Shown here: positions 34,527 to 43,937 of the stretch, one piece after another
Layout of the letters: each line of letters begins with the position of its first letter
Numbering within the stretch: the first letter of the stretch is position 1
DNA from: a virus
Taxonomy: Duplodnaviria; Caudoviricetes
DNA: 46,476 bases
Strand: one strand, 5' to 3'
IMG/VR virus record: IMGVR_UViG_3300043690_000038
Coordinates: 1-46,476 of that record
The notes under the pieces: model-generated
Told to the model about the DNA's origin: nothing
The model's input: the letters and a program-made list of their open reading frames with translations, nothing else
Database searches by the model: none
Program-made: the position numbers and the translations under genes

Positions 34527-35033
34527 ATGCCCCGCACTTATTCTTACGACGTCAAGATGCAGCTTGCCGACGGGGCGTCGCCGATGACCGCGTCCGGCAT
34601 CTGCCAGGTCGCCGCCGCCAACCAGATCCTCTATCTCGGCGGCCTCGGCGACGTCCGCACCGACCTCGGCATCGTCGGCGCGAACGTGTCGCGCGGCGAC
34701 TTCGCCTGCGTGGTCAACATCTCGAGCATAGCGACGGCGACGGACGGCGCCTACAAGTTCTCGATCCTCGGCTCGCAGAACTCGAACGGCTCGAACCCGG
34801 TCGTGCTCGGCGAGCAGACCTGGGGCCTCGGCACCAATATTCCCAACGGCGCCGCCGGGGCGGAGAACACCGGGGCCGGTTCGACCACCGTCGCCGGCCG
34901 GCGCGAGCTCATGTTCACCACCGAGATGAACGGGATCTACTACGACTACGTCTACGGCTACCTAACCTCGACCGGCGCGACCTCGCACAGCGTGCAGTTC
35001 AACGCCTATGTCGCCAAGCTTCCTCTAACCTGA
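34527..35033 (+). CDS. Capsid decoration/cement protein
   Basis: 168 aa beta-rich protein directly after the capsid gene, AGGAG RBS. Confidence 0.7.
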   Translation: MPRTYSYDVKMQLADGASPMTASGICQVAAANQILYLGGLGDVRTDLGIVGANVSRGDFACVVNISSIATATDGAYKFSILGSQNSNGSNPVVLGEQTWGLGTNIPNGAAGAENTGAGSTTVAGRRELMFTTEMNGIYYDYVYGYLTSTGATSHSVQFNAYVAKLPLT

Positions 35034-35041
35034 GAAAACCC

Positions 35042-35536
35042 ATGGCCGAAGTCGCCGCCGCCCACGCGCAAGACAAACCCGAGCCGCCGAAACCGGAAGA
35101 GCTCCTGAAGCGGATCGAGCATCTCGAGGTCCTGGCCGGCGTGAAGCCGCCGCCGCCGCGCAAGGAGACCGTCACCGCTTATTATAAGACTCCGCCGTTC
35201 AAGGCCGAGCCTGAAGGCAAGGACGAAAGCCCGAAGGACAAGGCGGCGCGCGAGGCCCGCGACAAGCGGGCCAAGGAACAGGCCGGCAAGACCGTCGTCT
35301 ACGAACTGCCGCCGATCGTCTACCAGGAGGCGAAGAACGGTCGCTCTGTGACCATCGAATTGCCGCAGCCGGTGACCGACGCCGAAGGCCATGAGCATAT
35401 GGTCGCCTCGAAATTCGTCGTCCCCGAGGACGCCGACGCCTGGAGCCTCGAGGATCCGGACAAGGACAAGAAAGGCGGCAAGGCCGACGAGCCCGGCAGA
35501 CCCGCCGCTCCTGCCGCGCCTGCGAGCCGTCGATGA
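35042..35536 (+). CDS. Hypothetical protein, paralog A
   Basis: Shares YK.P..GKT.VYELP.IVY.EA..GR...FVVP.DADAWS.E.P with next gene. Confidence 0.8.
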   Translation: MAEVAAAHAQDKPEPPKPEELLKRIEHLEVLAGVKPPPPRKETVTAYYKTPPFKAEPEGKDESPKDKAAREARDKRAKEQAGKTVVYELPPIVYQEAKNGRSVTIELPQPVTDAEGHEHMVASKFVVPEDADAWSLEDPDKDKKGGKADEPGRPAAPAAPASRR

Positions 35537-35874
35537 GCCAGGGACGCGATCCCTCGGTCGTCCATGCCTGGTACAAGAACCCGGCGACCGGCAAGACCGA
35601 GGTCTATGAACTGCCCTCGATCGTCTACGAGGAGGCGAGCCGCGGCCGTTGGGTCGAGAACACGTTCGTCGTTCCCCACGACGCCGACGCCTGGAGCCAA
35701 GAACAGCCCGAGGGCGTCGCTCCCGCGGACATCATCGATCACCGGCCGAAGCCGATGGAGAGCCTGACCCGCCCGGCCCAGCCGCCGCCGGCGCTGCCGA
35801 CCCGCTCGCCCGAACCCCTGCGCGGCCGCGAGCGCGAAGGCGTTCCGCCGGTCCCGACCAGACGACGGGTATGA
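35533..35874 (+). CDS. Hypothetical protein, paralog B
   Basis: See paralog A; ATGA-coupled. Confidence 0.8.
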   Translation: MSQGRDPSVVHAWYKNPATGKTEVYELPSIVYEEASRGRWVENTFVVPHDADAWSQEQPEGVAPADIIDHRPKPMESLTRPAQPPPALPTRSPEPLRGREREGVPPVPTRRRV

Positions 35875-35877
35875 GAC

Positions 35878-36090
35878 ATGGCCAAGCTCACCGCCAAGGC
35901 TCGCAATGCGCTGCCGAGCTCGTCGTTCGCCGGGCCGAATAGAAGCTATCCGGTCCAGGACAAGAGCCACGCCGCCAACGCCAAGGCGCGCGCCACCCAG
36001 GCGGTCAAGGCCGGGCGGATGAGCTCGTCGACCGCATCCAAGATCAAGGCCAAGGCCAACCGCGTCTTGGGCAAGAGCAAGGGCAAGTGA
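35878..36090 (+). CDS. Small basic phage protein (DUF6582-like)
   Basis: LT.K.R..LP.S.FA.P.R.YP..DK.HA.NAKARA.Q. Confidence 0.8.
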   Translation: MAKLTAKARNALPSSSFAGPNRSYPVQDKSHAANAKARATQAVKAGRMSSSTASKIKAKANRVLGKSKGK

Positions 36091-36287
36091 TGGTCAAAGC
36101 TTCGTTAGGCCCGACGACGAAACGCGAGGCGCGCGAGCCGACCGGCGACCGCCAGGTGATCCGGGTCAAGGGCAATAAAACGCTCAAGACCGGCCTCGGC
36201 AAACCAGCCGAGACCGCCGGCGGACAAGCGCCTGGCTCTCGCGCTGGGTTCCGCGGCGCCCTCGGCGGCATGAGCCCCAGGAGATAG
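36090..36287 (+). CDS. Small basic protein
   Basis: K/R/G-rich, TGATG-coupled. Confidence 0.6.
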   Translation: MVKASLGPTTKREAREPTGDRQVIRVKGNKTLKTGLGKPAETAGGQAPGSRAGFRGALGGMSPRR

Positions 36288-36291
36288 CGTG

Positions 36292-36453
36292 ATGGCCAAG
36301 AAACCATCGATGCGGGAAGGCTCACGCGCCGAGGAGCGCGCCGACCGCCTGGCCGGCGTCCGCGGCGCCGTCAAGGGTGCGGCCAAAGGCGCGGCCAGGG
36401 GAGCCGTCCGCGGCGCCGTCCGCGGCGCGGCCAAGGCCAAGCGAGGCAAGTGA
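36292..36453 (+). CDS. 53-aa basic protein with (R/K)GA(V/A) x6 repeat
   Basis: AGGAG RBS; MAKKPSMREGSRAEERADRLAGVRGAVKGAAKGAARGAVRGAVRGAAKAKRGK; not in ORF track. Confidence 0.65.
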   Translation: MAKKPSMREGSRAEERADRLAGVRGAVKGAAKGAARGAVRGAVRGAAKAKRGK

Positions 36454-36632
36454 TGGCGACCAAGCCCAGACCGCCATCTCCGCCGCCCCGGCCTCAGCCG
36501 CCGCCGCCCCCCGCTCCGCCGCCGCATCCGGAGGAGGACGATCCCGCCGCCCGCGCCCCGCGCCACTATCGGCTCGAGGCTGAGACCGGCCGCCTAGGCG
36601 CCGAGATGGGGCAGCATGGCGGCGTACAATAA
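36453..36632 (+). CDS. Small Pro-rich protein ending in YRLEAETGRL
   Basis: TGATG-coupled; overlaps next gene. Confidence 0.55.
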   Translation: MATKPRPPSPPPRPQPPPPPAPPPHPEEDDPAARAPRHYRLEAETGRLGAEMGQHGGVQ

Positions 36633-37053
36633 GTTCAACCTGTTCACCCAGGACCTGTGCCGCGGGAGCCATAACCTTCAGTCGGGCGGCCACACGTTCA
36701 ACGTGATGCTGACCAACACCGCGCCGGTCGCCGCCAACCATCTCTACAGCGACGTTTCCGGAACCGAGCTCGCCAACGGCGGCGGCTATACCACCGGCGG
36801 CCTCGCCTCAGCGATGTCCGACACATCGGCGTCCGGGACCGAGAAGGTGCTGGCGACCAACGTCACCTGGACCGGCTCCGGCGCCGGCACCGGGCCGTTC
36901 CGCTACGTCGTCATCTATAACGCCACCCAGACGACGCCGTTAAAGCCGCTCGTCTGCTGGTTCGACTATGGAAGCTCGATCCCCGGCCTCAATCCCGGCG
37001 ACACGTTCGCGGTGACCTTCGACGCCACCAACGGCCTGTTCCAGTTGACGTGA
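36616..37053 (+). CDS. Virion structural protein (145 aa beta-sandwich, fibre/appendage subunit)
   Basis: YNKF..F...L..G.HNL....F..MLTN.AP; EL.NG.GYT.GG; WT..G...GPFRY.V.YN; L....DYGS..L..G.TF.V.F. Confidence 0.8.
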   Translation: MAAYNKFNLFTQDLCRGSHNLQSGGHTFNVMLTNTAPVAANHLYSDVSGTELANGGGYTTGGLASAMSDTSASGTEKVLATNVTWTGSGAGTGPFRYVVIYNATQTTPLKPLVCWFDYGSSIPGLNPGDTFAVTFDATNGLFQLT

Positions 37054-37060
37054 GACGGCG

Positions 37061-38074
37061 ATGGCCGATGCGCTGACCGCCAACTTCAGTTGGGTGAAGC
37101 CCGCGGTCAATGACCCCGCCGGGGCGAACCTGTGGGGCGGCAAGCTCAACTCCGACCTTGACGGCATCGACTCGACCGTCTTCTCCGTCCAGACCACCGC
37201 CAACGCCGCCTATCCGGCGAGCAACCCATCCGGCTACCAGACGGCCGCCAACGTCACCGCGTCTCTGGCGCCGTATGCGCCGCTCGCCTCGCCGACCTTC
37301 ACGGGGACGCCGGCGCTGCCGACCGGGACGACCGGCGTCACGCAGACGGCCGGCAATAATTCGACTGCGCTCGCGACCACCGCGTTCGTCGCGGCCAGCT
37401 TCCTCACCACGGCGAGCGCGTCAGCGACCTATGCGCCCTTGGCCTCGCCGGCCTTCACCGGCACGCCGAGCCTGCCGACCGGGACGACCGGCGTCACCCA
37501 AACCGGAACCGACAACTCGACCAAGCTCGCGACCACCGCGTTTGTCGCCAATAATTTCTATCTTTCCAGCAATCCGTCCGGCTACCAGACGGCGGCGCAG
37601 GTCACGGCGAGCCTCGGCAATTACCTGCCCCTCGCAGGCGGAACGCTGACCGGCGCGCTCTCTGGGACATCGGCGGCTTGGAGCACAACGGCGACCGCCA
37701 CAACCGGTTTCACCACAACGAACGGGACGGTCTCCCTCTCCCGCTCGGTCTTCACTGTGCCGGCGACCGTCAGCCCCTCGGCGGGAGCGATGTCCATCGC
37801 TTGGACGGCCGGCGAGTATTGCCCGATCTCGCTCACCAGCAATTCGACGCTCGCAGTGACGGGCTGGCCGACCGGCTTCGCGAAGCTCGTCCTCGACATC
37901 TCCAATACCGGCGCTTTCAACATCACGGCGTGGCCGACCGGCACGATCTGGGCGGGAGCGGCCGGGCCGCCGACCATCACCTCGGGCTCGGGCAAACGCG
38001 ATGTCGTCATGCTGATGACGGCGAATGGCGGGACGACCATTCTCGGCAGCGTAGTCGGCCAGAACTACGGGTGA
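37061..38074 (+). CDS. Second tail-fibre-like protein
   Basis: MAD..T.N....KP.V......WG.KLN.DLD.ID N-terminus; two YAPLASP.FTGTP.LPT...NST.LATTAFV repeats; YLPLAGGTLTG; small C-terminal beta domain. Confidence 0.8.
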   Translation: MADALTANFSWVKPAVNDPAGANLWGGKLNSDLDGIDSTVFSVQTTANAAYPASNPSGYQTAANVTASLAPYAPLASPTFTGTPALPTGTTGVTQTAGNNSTALATTAFVAASFLTTASASATYAPLASPAFTGTPSLPTGTTGVTQTGTDNSTKLATTAFVANNFYLSSNPSGYQTAAQVTASLGNYLPLAGGTLTGALSGTSAAWSTTATATTGFTTTNGTVSLSRSVFTVPATVSPSAGAMSIAWTAGEYCPISLTSNSTLAVTGWPTGFAKLVLDISNTGAFNITAWPTGTIWAGAAGPPTITSGSGKRDVVMLMTANGGTTILGSVVGQNYG

Positions 38075-38080
38075 GCTTAA

Positions 38081-39892
38081 ATGGCCGCCGTCTATTTCGA
38101 CACCGACTGGTACGTCCATAGCGGCAACATGAGCACCACCGGCTATTGGGCGGTGCCCGCGTGGACGGCTAGCACGTCAACGCCGCCCGGCACGCTCAGA
38201 CGGCAAGTGAGCCCCACCGCAGGCAATGAGCGCGTTTTTGTTGCGGCGCAGACGTCTACAGGCAATACCGGCACGACTGAGCCGACTTGGTCGTTAACGA
38301 GGGGAAACAGGGTCACGCCCACTGACGGCGCTGTGACGTGGCAGGAATGCACCGGCATGGCGGCGGTCAATGGCGATAGCGCCAATACGCCAAGCTGGGC
38401 GACGATCAAGGCCACCGGCAACACGCCAAATCTAGGCGTGATCATCAAGCGCAACTCAGGCGCGTCCTATCAGATTTGCGCCACAGCGGGCACTTTGAGC
38501 GCCAGTGAGCCTGCGTTCTCCGATACGCCAGGCGCGGTGACGAATGACGGCACGACCCAATGGGTGTGCATCGGGCTGGTGGGCTCGTTCGCCGCATGGG
38601 GAGCGCCGCACGCGCGGCTGACCAACGCCGTAGCCAGTACATGGGGCGCGGCGGGCAACGACTTTTTTGTCGCGGACAATTCGGCTGAGACGAGCACGGC
38701 GGGGATCACCATCAGCCTGGGCAGCGTTGCGTCGCCGTGCCGCTACATCAGCGTCGATCACACCGCCGCGATGCCGCCGCCCTACAAGGCAGGGGCGAGC
38801 CTGACGACAAGCCAAGCTTCGGGCAACGCCCTTCAAATCGGCTCTTCGACCCAAACTTCATTGTATCTTGCCGGCTTCACTTTTACCGCCAGCGCAGCAA
38901 CTGCCGCCGGTTTAATTGTTGTCGGCGCCAATCAAGCCGTTCTTGTGCGATGCGAGAATTGCGCCTTCAGTCTGACGGGCGCTACCGCGAGCGCATTTAT
39001 CAGCATTGGGTTTGCGGGGGGCAACTCGACCATCGTTGACTTGAACAATTGCACCGTCTCGTTCGGCGGCACGGGCCAGTGGCTTCAGTTCACCGCCGGC
39101 TCGCACACGTGGCGCAACACCCCGAACGCCATTCAGGGCGCGACCATCCCGACAGTCTTTACGCGCGGCTCGCCACAGGGGGTCACATCGACTTTGATCG
39201 AGGGCGTGGACTTGAGCGCGCTCGCCGCCAACACGCTCGTCAGCACCGCCAACAGCGGCGACTTTTTCACCTTCAAGAATTGCAAGCTGGGGACCGGGCC
39301 GGTCATTCAGGCGGCTACAAGCGTCGGTTGCGCCGCCGGCCTCGACATCGTCGCATGCGACAACGGCGCGAGCGTCTACCGCAACGAACGGCACACTGTG
39401 TGCGGCGACGAGACGACTTCGGCCGCGATTTACCGCAACGGCGGCGCGATGGATGGCGTGACGCCGATCTCGCGCCTGCTCGCAAGCACGAGCTTCGCCC
39501 GCCAGTTTCGCCCCTACATCGGCATTCCGCTGGTGATCTGGAACGACGTGACCGGCTCGACGCGCACGGTCACGATTTACGGCTACGTCGTCGGCGTGGG
39601 TTCGACGCTGCCATTTAATGATCAGTTCTGGATCGAGATCGAATACATGGGAACAGCAGGGGTTCCAACTGCGTCCGTCGTCTCGACGGGCCTGGCGAAC
39701 GCGCTCGCGACCCACACGCAGAACGCCGCCAATGACGCGACCTCGGTGTGGACCGGCGCGGGCAGCCCAAACACACCATTCTCGCTCAGCACGACCTTCA
39801 CCGCCCAGCAAAAAGGCTACATTACCATCTACCCGAAGGTCGGGGGCGCGTCCTACTCCATCCAGCTTGATCCACGGCCGGTGTTGTCATGA
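38081..39892 (+). CDS. Tailspike/adhesin with two Trp-containing carbohydrate-binding-like modules and a beta-helix-like region
   Basis: W.A.T...G......G..EP.W......DG.VTW.C module twice; repeated (E/N)NC.(F/V) strands. Confidence 0.7.
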   Translation: MAAVYFDTDWYVHSGNMSTTGYWAVPAWTASTSTPPGTLRRQVSPTAGNERVFVAAQTSTGNTGTTEPTWSLTRGNRVTPTDGAVTWQECTGMAAVNGDSANTPSWATIKATGNTPNLGVIIKRNSGASYQICATAGTLSASEPAFSDTPGAVTNDGTTQWVCIGLVGSFAAWGAPHARLTNAVASTWGAAGNDFFVADNSAETSTAGITISLGSVASPCRYISVDHTAAMPPPYKAGASLTTSQASGNALQIGSSTQTSLYLAGFTFTASAATAAGLIVVGANQAVLVRCENCAFSLTGATASAFISIGFAGGNSTIVDLNNCTVSFGGTGQWLQFTAGSHTWRNTPNAIQGATIPTVFTRGSPQGVTSTLIEGVDLSALAANTLVSTANSGDFFTFKNCKLGTGPVIQAATSVGCAAGLDIVACDNGASVYRNERHTVCGDETTSAAIYRNGGAMDGVTPISRLLASTSFARQFRPYIGIPLVIWNDVTGSTRTVTIYGYVVGVGSTLPFNDQFWIEIEYMGTAGVPTASVVSTGLANALATHTQNAANDATSVWTGAGSPNTPFSLSTTFTAQQKGYITIYPKVGGASYSIQLDPRPVLS

Positions 39893-40023
39893 TCGTTTCT
39901 TCGCAAGGCGCAGTTTTTCTCACTCAAACGCAACAAGTTTCGTCGTCGGTCGCGGGCGCGTTCGTGACGCAGACCGCCGCGCCGGCCGTCAAGAGGGCCG
40001 CCGCCATTCTTGTCGGGCTATAG
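39889..40023 (+). CDS. 44-aa peptide (MIVSSQGAVFLTQTQQVSSSVAGAFVTQTAAPAVKRAAAILVGL)
   Basis: ATGA-coupled to adhesin gene, internal GA.F.TQT repeat; not in ORF track. Confidence 0.5.
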   Translation: MIVSSQGAVFLTQTQQVSSSVAGAFVTQTAAPAVKRAAAILVGL

Positions 40024-40031
40024 CCCTGCTT

Positions 40032-40064
40032 GGGCGTTTCGCTTGGCTATGACGCTGGTAGGCT
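40032..40064 (+). promoter_or_regulatory. Putative late promoter (GGGCGTTT...TAGGCT) for tail operon
   Basis: 19-nt spacing then 6 nt to ATG 40071, same geometry as 379 and 9180. Confidence 0.6.
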
Positions 40065-40070
40065 CCGGCC

Positions 40071-41336
40071 ATGCTCGCCTCCGACATCTTCACCATCGTC
40101 TCGTCGGCCCTGATCCAGACCGGCAACCAGCCACCGACCGCGTCGTTTGACGGCACCGACGAATGGGTCGCCGGGCAGAACGCCTACGAGCTCTGGCTTC
40201 CGTATTGCCTCGAGGCCTATGACTGGACCTTCCAGCGCACGCAGGGCCAGTTGACCCGCATTGGCGGGTCCTCATACCCCGGCTTCTCCGACACCTACCA
40301 GTACCCGCCCGGTTGCCTGCACCTGATCTCGGTCATGCGCGCCGATGTCACTGCCCCGGTCGGCGATCCGTGGGGCCAGCCGACTCAGGCCGGCCTCTAT
40401 CCGCTGCAGTACAAGATCATCCGCAACTCGATCGCCACCAACGCCCCGAACGGCCTTGCGGCGGAATGGATAACCGACGTCAGCGGTTCCGACCAGTATT
40501 CCGCCACCTTTACCGCGGCGCTGATCGGCTTCGTCGCCTCCTCGCTCTACGCCTCGCTCAATGAAGACCTGGTCTCGGCTGAGACGACCTACAAGATGGC
40601 CGAGGCGATGCTTGGCAAGGCGGCTGGCCGGGTCAAGGAGCAGCAGAGCCGTAGAACCCCGCTCATGGCCTCGCCGCTCTCGGGCGACGCCTTCACCACT
40701 ATCTCCTCCGCCTTGATCCAGGTTGGGGCGCAGCCCCCGGCCACGGCATGGGACGGAACCGACGACTGGATCGACGGCTGGAACGCCTATTCGATCTGGT
40801 TGCCCTATTGCCTCGAGGCGAGGGACTGGAATTTCCAGACCGCAGTGCTTCCCCTAGTCCGGGTCGGCGACGCCACTTATCCGCGGTTCTCCGACGCCTA
40901 CGCCATGCCGCCCGACTGCCTGCACCTGCAGACGGTCTGGCGCCCCGACCTCGCCGGCCAGATGCCAGGCTACATGGGCTGGGGCATGACCGAGGGCAGT
41001 ATAAGGCCGCCGCAGATCGAATACCGGATCATCGGCGGGGTGATCGAGACTTCCGCCCCGTTCGGCTTGACCGCCAAGTATCTCACCGTCCCGGCCGGGG
41101 CCGACGCCTATTCCGCCACCTTCAACCTGGCGCTCTCAGCCTTTGTCGCCTCGTCCCTCTATGCCTCGCGCAACAAGGACGGCAAGAGCGCGGAAGCGAT
41201 GAAGGCGCACGCCATGCAGCTTTTGGAAGAGGCCGCGTCACGCACCGACGCGCAGGAGAACCGCCGGGTGGCGTTCCGCTCGCGGATGCTCGAACGCCGG
41301 CGGGCGCGCTATGCGCCGTGGGGCTCGCCGCTCTGA
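40071..41336 (+). CDS. Tail adaptor (tail tubular protein A, T7 gp11-like), tandem two-domain fusion
   Basis: aa1-198 and aa199-421 each carry SSALIQ.G.QPP...DGTD.W..G.NAY..WLPYCLEA.DW.FQ...Y..PP.CLHL..V...YSATF..AL..FVASSLYAS. Confidence 0.85.
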   Translation: MLASDIFTIVSSALIQTGNQPPTASFDGTDEWVAGQNAYELWLPYCLEAYDWTFQRTQGQLTRIGGSSYPGFSDTYQYPPGCLHLISVMRADVTAPVGDPWGQPTQAGLYPLQYKIIRNSIATNAPNGLAAEWITDVSGSDQYSATFTAALIGFVASSLYASLNEDLVSAETTYKMAEAMLGKAAGRVKEQQSRRTPLMASPLSGDAFTTISSALIQVGAQPPATAWDGTDDWIDGWNAYSIWLPYCLEARDWNFQTAVLPLVRVGDATYPRFSDAYAMPPDCLHLQTVWRPDLAGQMPGYMGWGMTEGSIRPPQIEYRIIGGVIETSAPFGLTAKYLTVPAGADAYSATFNLALSAFVASSLYASRNKDGKSAEAMKAHAMQLLEEAASRTDAQENRRVAFRSRMLERRRARYAPWGSPL

Positions 41337-43921
41337 TGGCCGCGCGCCTGCCTGACATCGTCCAGACCGACTTCGGCGGCGGCCAGATCAATTTCGCCCT
41401 CAAGCGGCGGGACAACCTCGAGTTCGTCAAGACCGGCGCGCGGCAGATGCAGAACTGGCGCATCGAGGCCGGCGGCACCCTGCTCAACCGGCCGGGCAAA
41501 CGGCCGATCTTCCGCTGTAACGGCCCGCGCAGCGAATACGTCCGCATGGGAGTTGGGGCCGAGTTCATCCTGAATTTCGGGGAGGCCTCGACCGGCGAAG
41601 CGATGATCACCATCTCGTCGCTCGACGGAACCCAGTTCGTTTCGAATGTTGGCCCTTATCTCTGGACCAACGCCAATGTCCAGATGATCTCCTGGTGCGT
41701 GGCGCTGTTCGACATCGTCATCTGCTTTCCGAACATGCAGCCGCAGATTTGCCGGTGGTCGCCGTCCGCCTTCACCTGGACCTTCCTGCCCTACTCGTTC
41801 CGGGTCATCAACGACCAGTCGCAAGAGCCGTTCTACCGGTTCAGCGTGCCCGGCGCGACGATGTCTTATTCCACCACCACCGGCTCGGTCACGCTCACCT
41901 GCAGCGTTCCCTATTTCACCACGAGCATGATCGGCACGCTGCTCTCGATCGTCGGCTGCCAGTGTACGATCACGCGAGTGATCGATCCGCAGCATGCGAT
42001 CGTCCAGGTCGCCTATCGCCTGCCGGACTGCGTGGTGTTGAGCATCACCGACAACCGGCCGTTCCAGCCCGGCATGATCGTCGAGCTCCGCGACCAGGAT
42101 CTCAAGTTCGAGGTCTCCCAGGTCGGGGTCGAGATGACCCAGACTTCCGGCCTCGGCACGCTCAACACCATCCTCGGCGTCATGCTGTCCGACCTCGTCG
42201 TCGACTTCTCTCAGTTCACCTATGATCCGGCGCACCCGGACGTGCTCGTCTCCGAGCTCGGCGCGTCGACCGTCTTCGGCTACCCGTTCAACTGGGTGCA
42301 GTGCGGGCAGCCGACGGTCGAGTGGACCGAGGAGTTCATGTGCGCGCAGCGCGGCTGGCCCGCGGCCTGCAGCTACACCGCCGGCAGGCTCTGCTTCTAC
42401 GGCTTCCCGCAGATGGAGGAGGCGATCCTGTGGAGCGCGATCGGGGCCGACGACGTCTGCTGGGTCGATCCGGTTGCCGCCACCCGCCAGCCGGAAGCCG
42501 GGGCCAATCCCGACAGCGCCATCCTCGAGTTCGAGAGCTCGCGGCCGAGGATCGTCAACGTGCTCGAATGGGGCGACGTATTCGTGTTCACCGATCGGGG
42601 CATCTTCTTTATCCCCGTGAGCCAGGCCAATCCGCTCTCGCCGGGCAATGTCGAGTTCCGCCGCTTTTCCAACGACGGCGTCTCGATCATCCGGCCGATC
42701 TCGACCCAGGACGCGATCGTCTACATCAACGCGGGCCGGAACCGCTGCTCGGTGGTGAGGGCGACCGGCTCGCTGACCCGGCCCTATATCTCTGACGACG
42801 TGTCGGAAAGCCACGCGCCGCTGTTCACCGCCCCGGCTTCGCTGGCCATCGCCACCGGCGACGGCCCCTATCCCGAGCGCTACGTCTACGTCACCAACTG
42901 CGACGGCTCGATCGTGGTCGGCAAGTTCACCCAGCAGCGCACCCTGATTGGCTGGGTGCCGTGGATCACCGGCTACCCCGGCTATAGCTACCCGAATGGG
43001 CTGGCCACCTGGGTCACCACTGCCGGGCCGATCGTCTACTTCACCTCGAACTACGGCAGCTTATTCGGCAACGCCTTTCTGCTCGAGCAGGAGGACCCGC
43101 TCGCCTATCTCGACGGCTACGTCATGATCAATCAGCCGGCGCCTGGCATGGCGCTGCCGCCGTTCGGCCCTTTGTGGCACCTCGCCGGCCTGACCGTGCA
43201 GGTGGTCGACGGGCAGGGCTATGGCCCCAGGCCCGACAACATCCCGAACGGCTGCGTCGACTGGGGCGACCGCCAGGTTGACGACACTGGCCATCTGATC
43301 CTCCTGCCGGAGGATGGCGTCTGGTCCGGAAGCCCGACCGTCTACGCCGGGATCTGGTCGCCGCCGATCTACGAACCGTTCATCTTCCCGCCGCAGGAGG
43401 GCCGGGCCACCCCGGGCGCGCGGGGGAAAAGACGCAAGCTGCAGCGCGCGGTGGTGAGCGTCGAGCACTCGAACGGCTTCACCTTCGGCAAGCGCACCAT
43501 CCCGCCCAACAACTGGCTCGAGGACCCGACCATCGCCACCGGCGACCCGCCGTGGCCGCTGCCGCCCAGGATCGAATGGCGGCGCGACTTCGCCGGCGCG
43601 ACCGGCCCCGATCCCAACTGGTATAATATCGCCTCCGCGCCAGGGCAGTCGCCGCCGGCGGTCTTTATCAATCCTCACCTGGCGTATGACGCGCCGCTCG
43701 TCGGCTCAACCATAGAGGTCCGGCTCGGCAGTTGGAGCAACGCGCCGACTGCCTTCACCTTTCAATGGCAGCGCAATGGGGTGAACATATCAGGCGCCAC
43801 GGCGCCAAGTTATGTAGCCCGGCCGGGCGATGTCGGCGCGGCGATCTCCTGCGCTGTCACCGCCACGAATGCGGCCGGTAGCTCCACCGCGAGCTCGAAC
43901 GTGGTGGTGATCCAGCCATGA
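41336..43921 (+). CDS. Tail nozzle (tail tubular protein B, T7 gp12-like) with C-terminal Ig-like domain
   Basis: 861 aa from TGATG start; QTDF.GG.I...RRD, NW.I...G.L..RPG, RGWP......RL, WSAIG, VFTD.G; ends G.WSN.PT.F.FQWQRNG..I.GAT..SY....D.G..ISC.VTATN..GS. Confidence 0.88.
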   Translation: MAARLPDIVQTDFGGGQINFALKRRDNLEFVKTGARQMQNWRIEAGGTLLNRPGKRPIFRCNGPRSEYVRMGVGAEFILNFGEASTGEAMITISSLDGTQFVSNVGPYLWTNANVQMISWCVALFDIVICFPNMQPQICRWSPSAFTWTFLPYSFRVINDQSQEPFYRFSVPGATMSYSTTTGSVTLTCSVPYFTTSMIGTLLSIVGCQCTITRVIDPQHAIVQVAYRLPDCVVLSITDNRPFQPGMIVELRDQDLKFEVSQVGVEMTQTSGLGTLNTILGVMLSDLVVDFSQFTYDPAHPDVLVSELGASTVFGYPFNWVQCGQPTVEWTEEFMCAQRGWPAACSYTAGRLCFYGFPQMEEAILWSAIGADDVCWVDPVAATRQPEAGANPDSAILEFESSRPRIVNVLEWGDVFVFTDRGIFFIPVSQANPLSPGNVEFRRFSNDGVSIIRPISTQDAIVYINAGRNRCSVVRATGSLTRPYISDDVSESHAPLFTAPASLAIATGDGPYPERYVYVTNCDGSIVVGKFTQQRTLIGWVPWITGYPGYSYPNGLATWVTTAGPIVYFTSNYGSLFGNAFLLEQEDPLAYLDGYVMINQPAPGMALPPFGPLWHLAGLTVQVVDGQGYGPRPDNIPNGCVDWGDRQVDDTGHLILLPEDGVWSGSPTVYAGIWSPPIYEPFIFPPQEGRATPGARGKRRKLQRAVVSVEHSNGFTFGKRTIPPNNWLEDPTIATGDPPWPLPPRIEWRRDFAGATGPDPNWYNIASAPGQSPPAVFINPHLAYDAPLVGSTIEVRLGSWSNAPTAFTFQWQRNGVNISGATAPSYVARPGDVGAAISCAVTATNAAGSSTASSNVVVIQP

Positions 43922-43937
43922 GGACCTGAGAAGGCTC

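Noticed and set aside
40748-41335. N-terminal 196 aa of the 1057-aa nozzle ORF
   Set aside because: Off-frame overlap with the adaptor; nozzle motif begins at coupled ATG 41336
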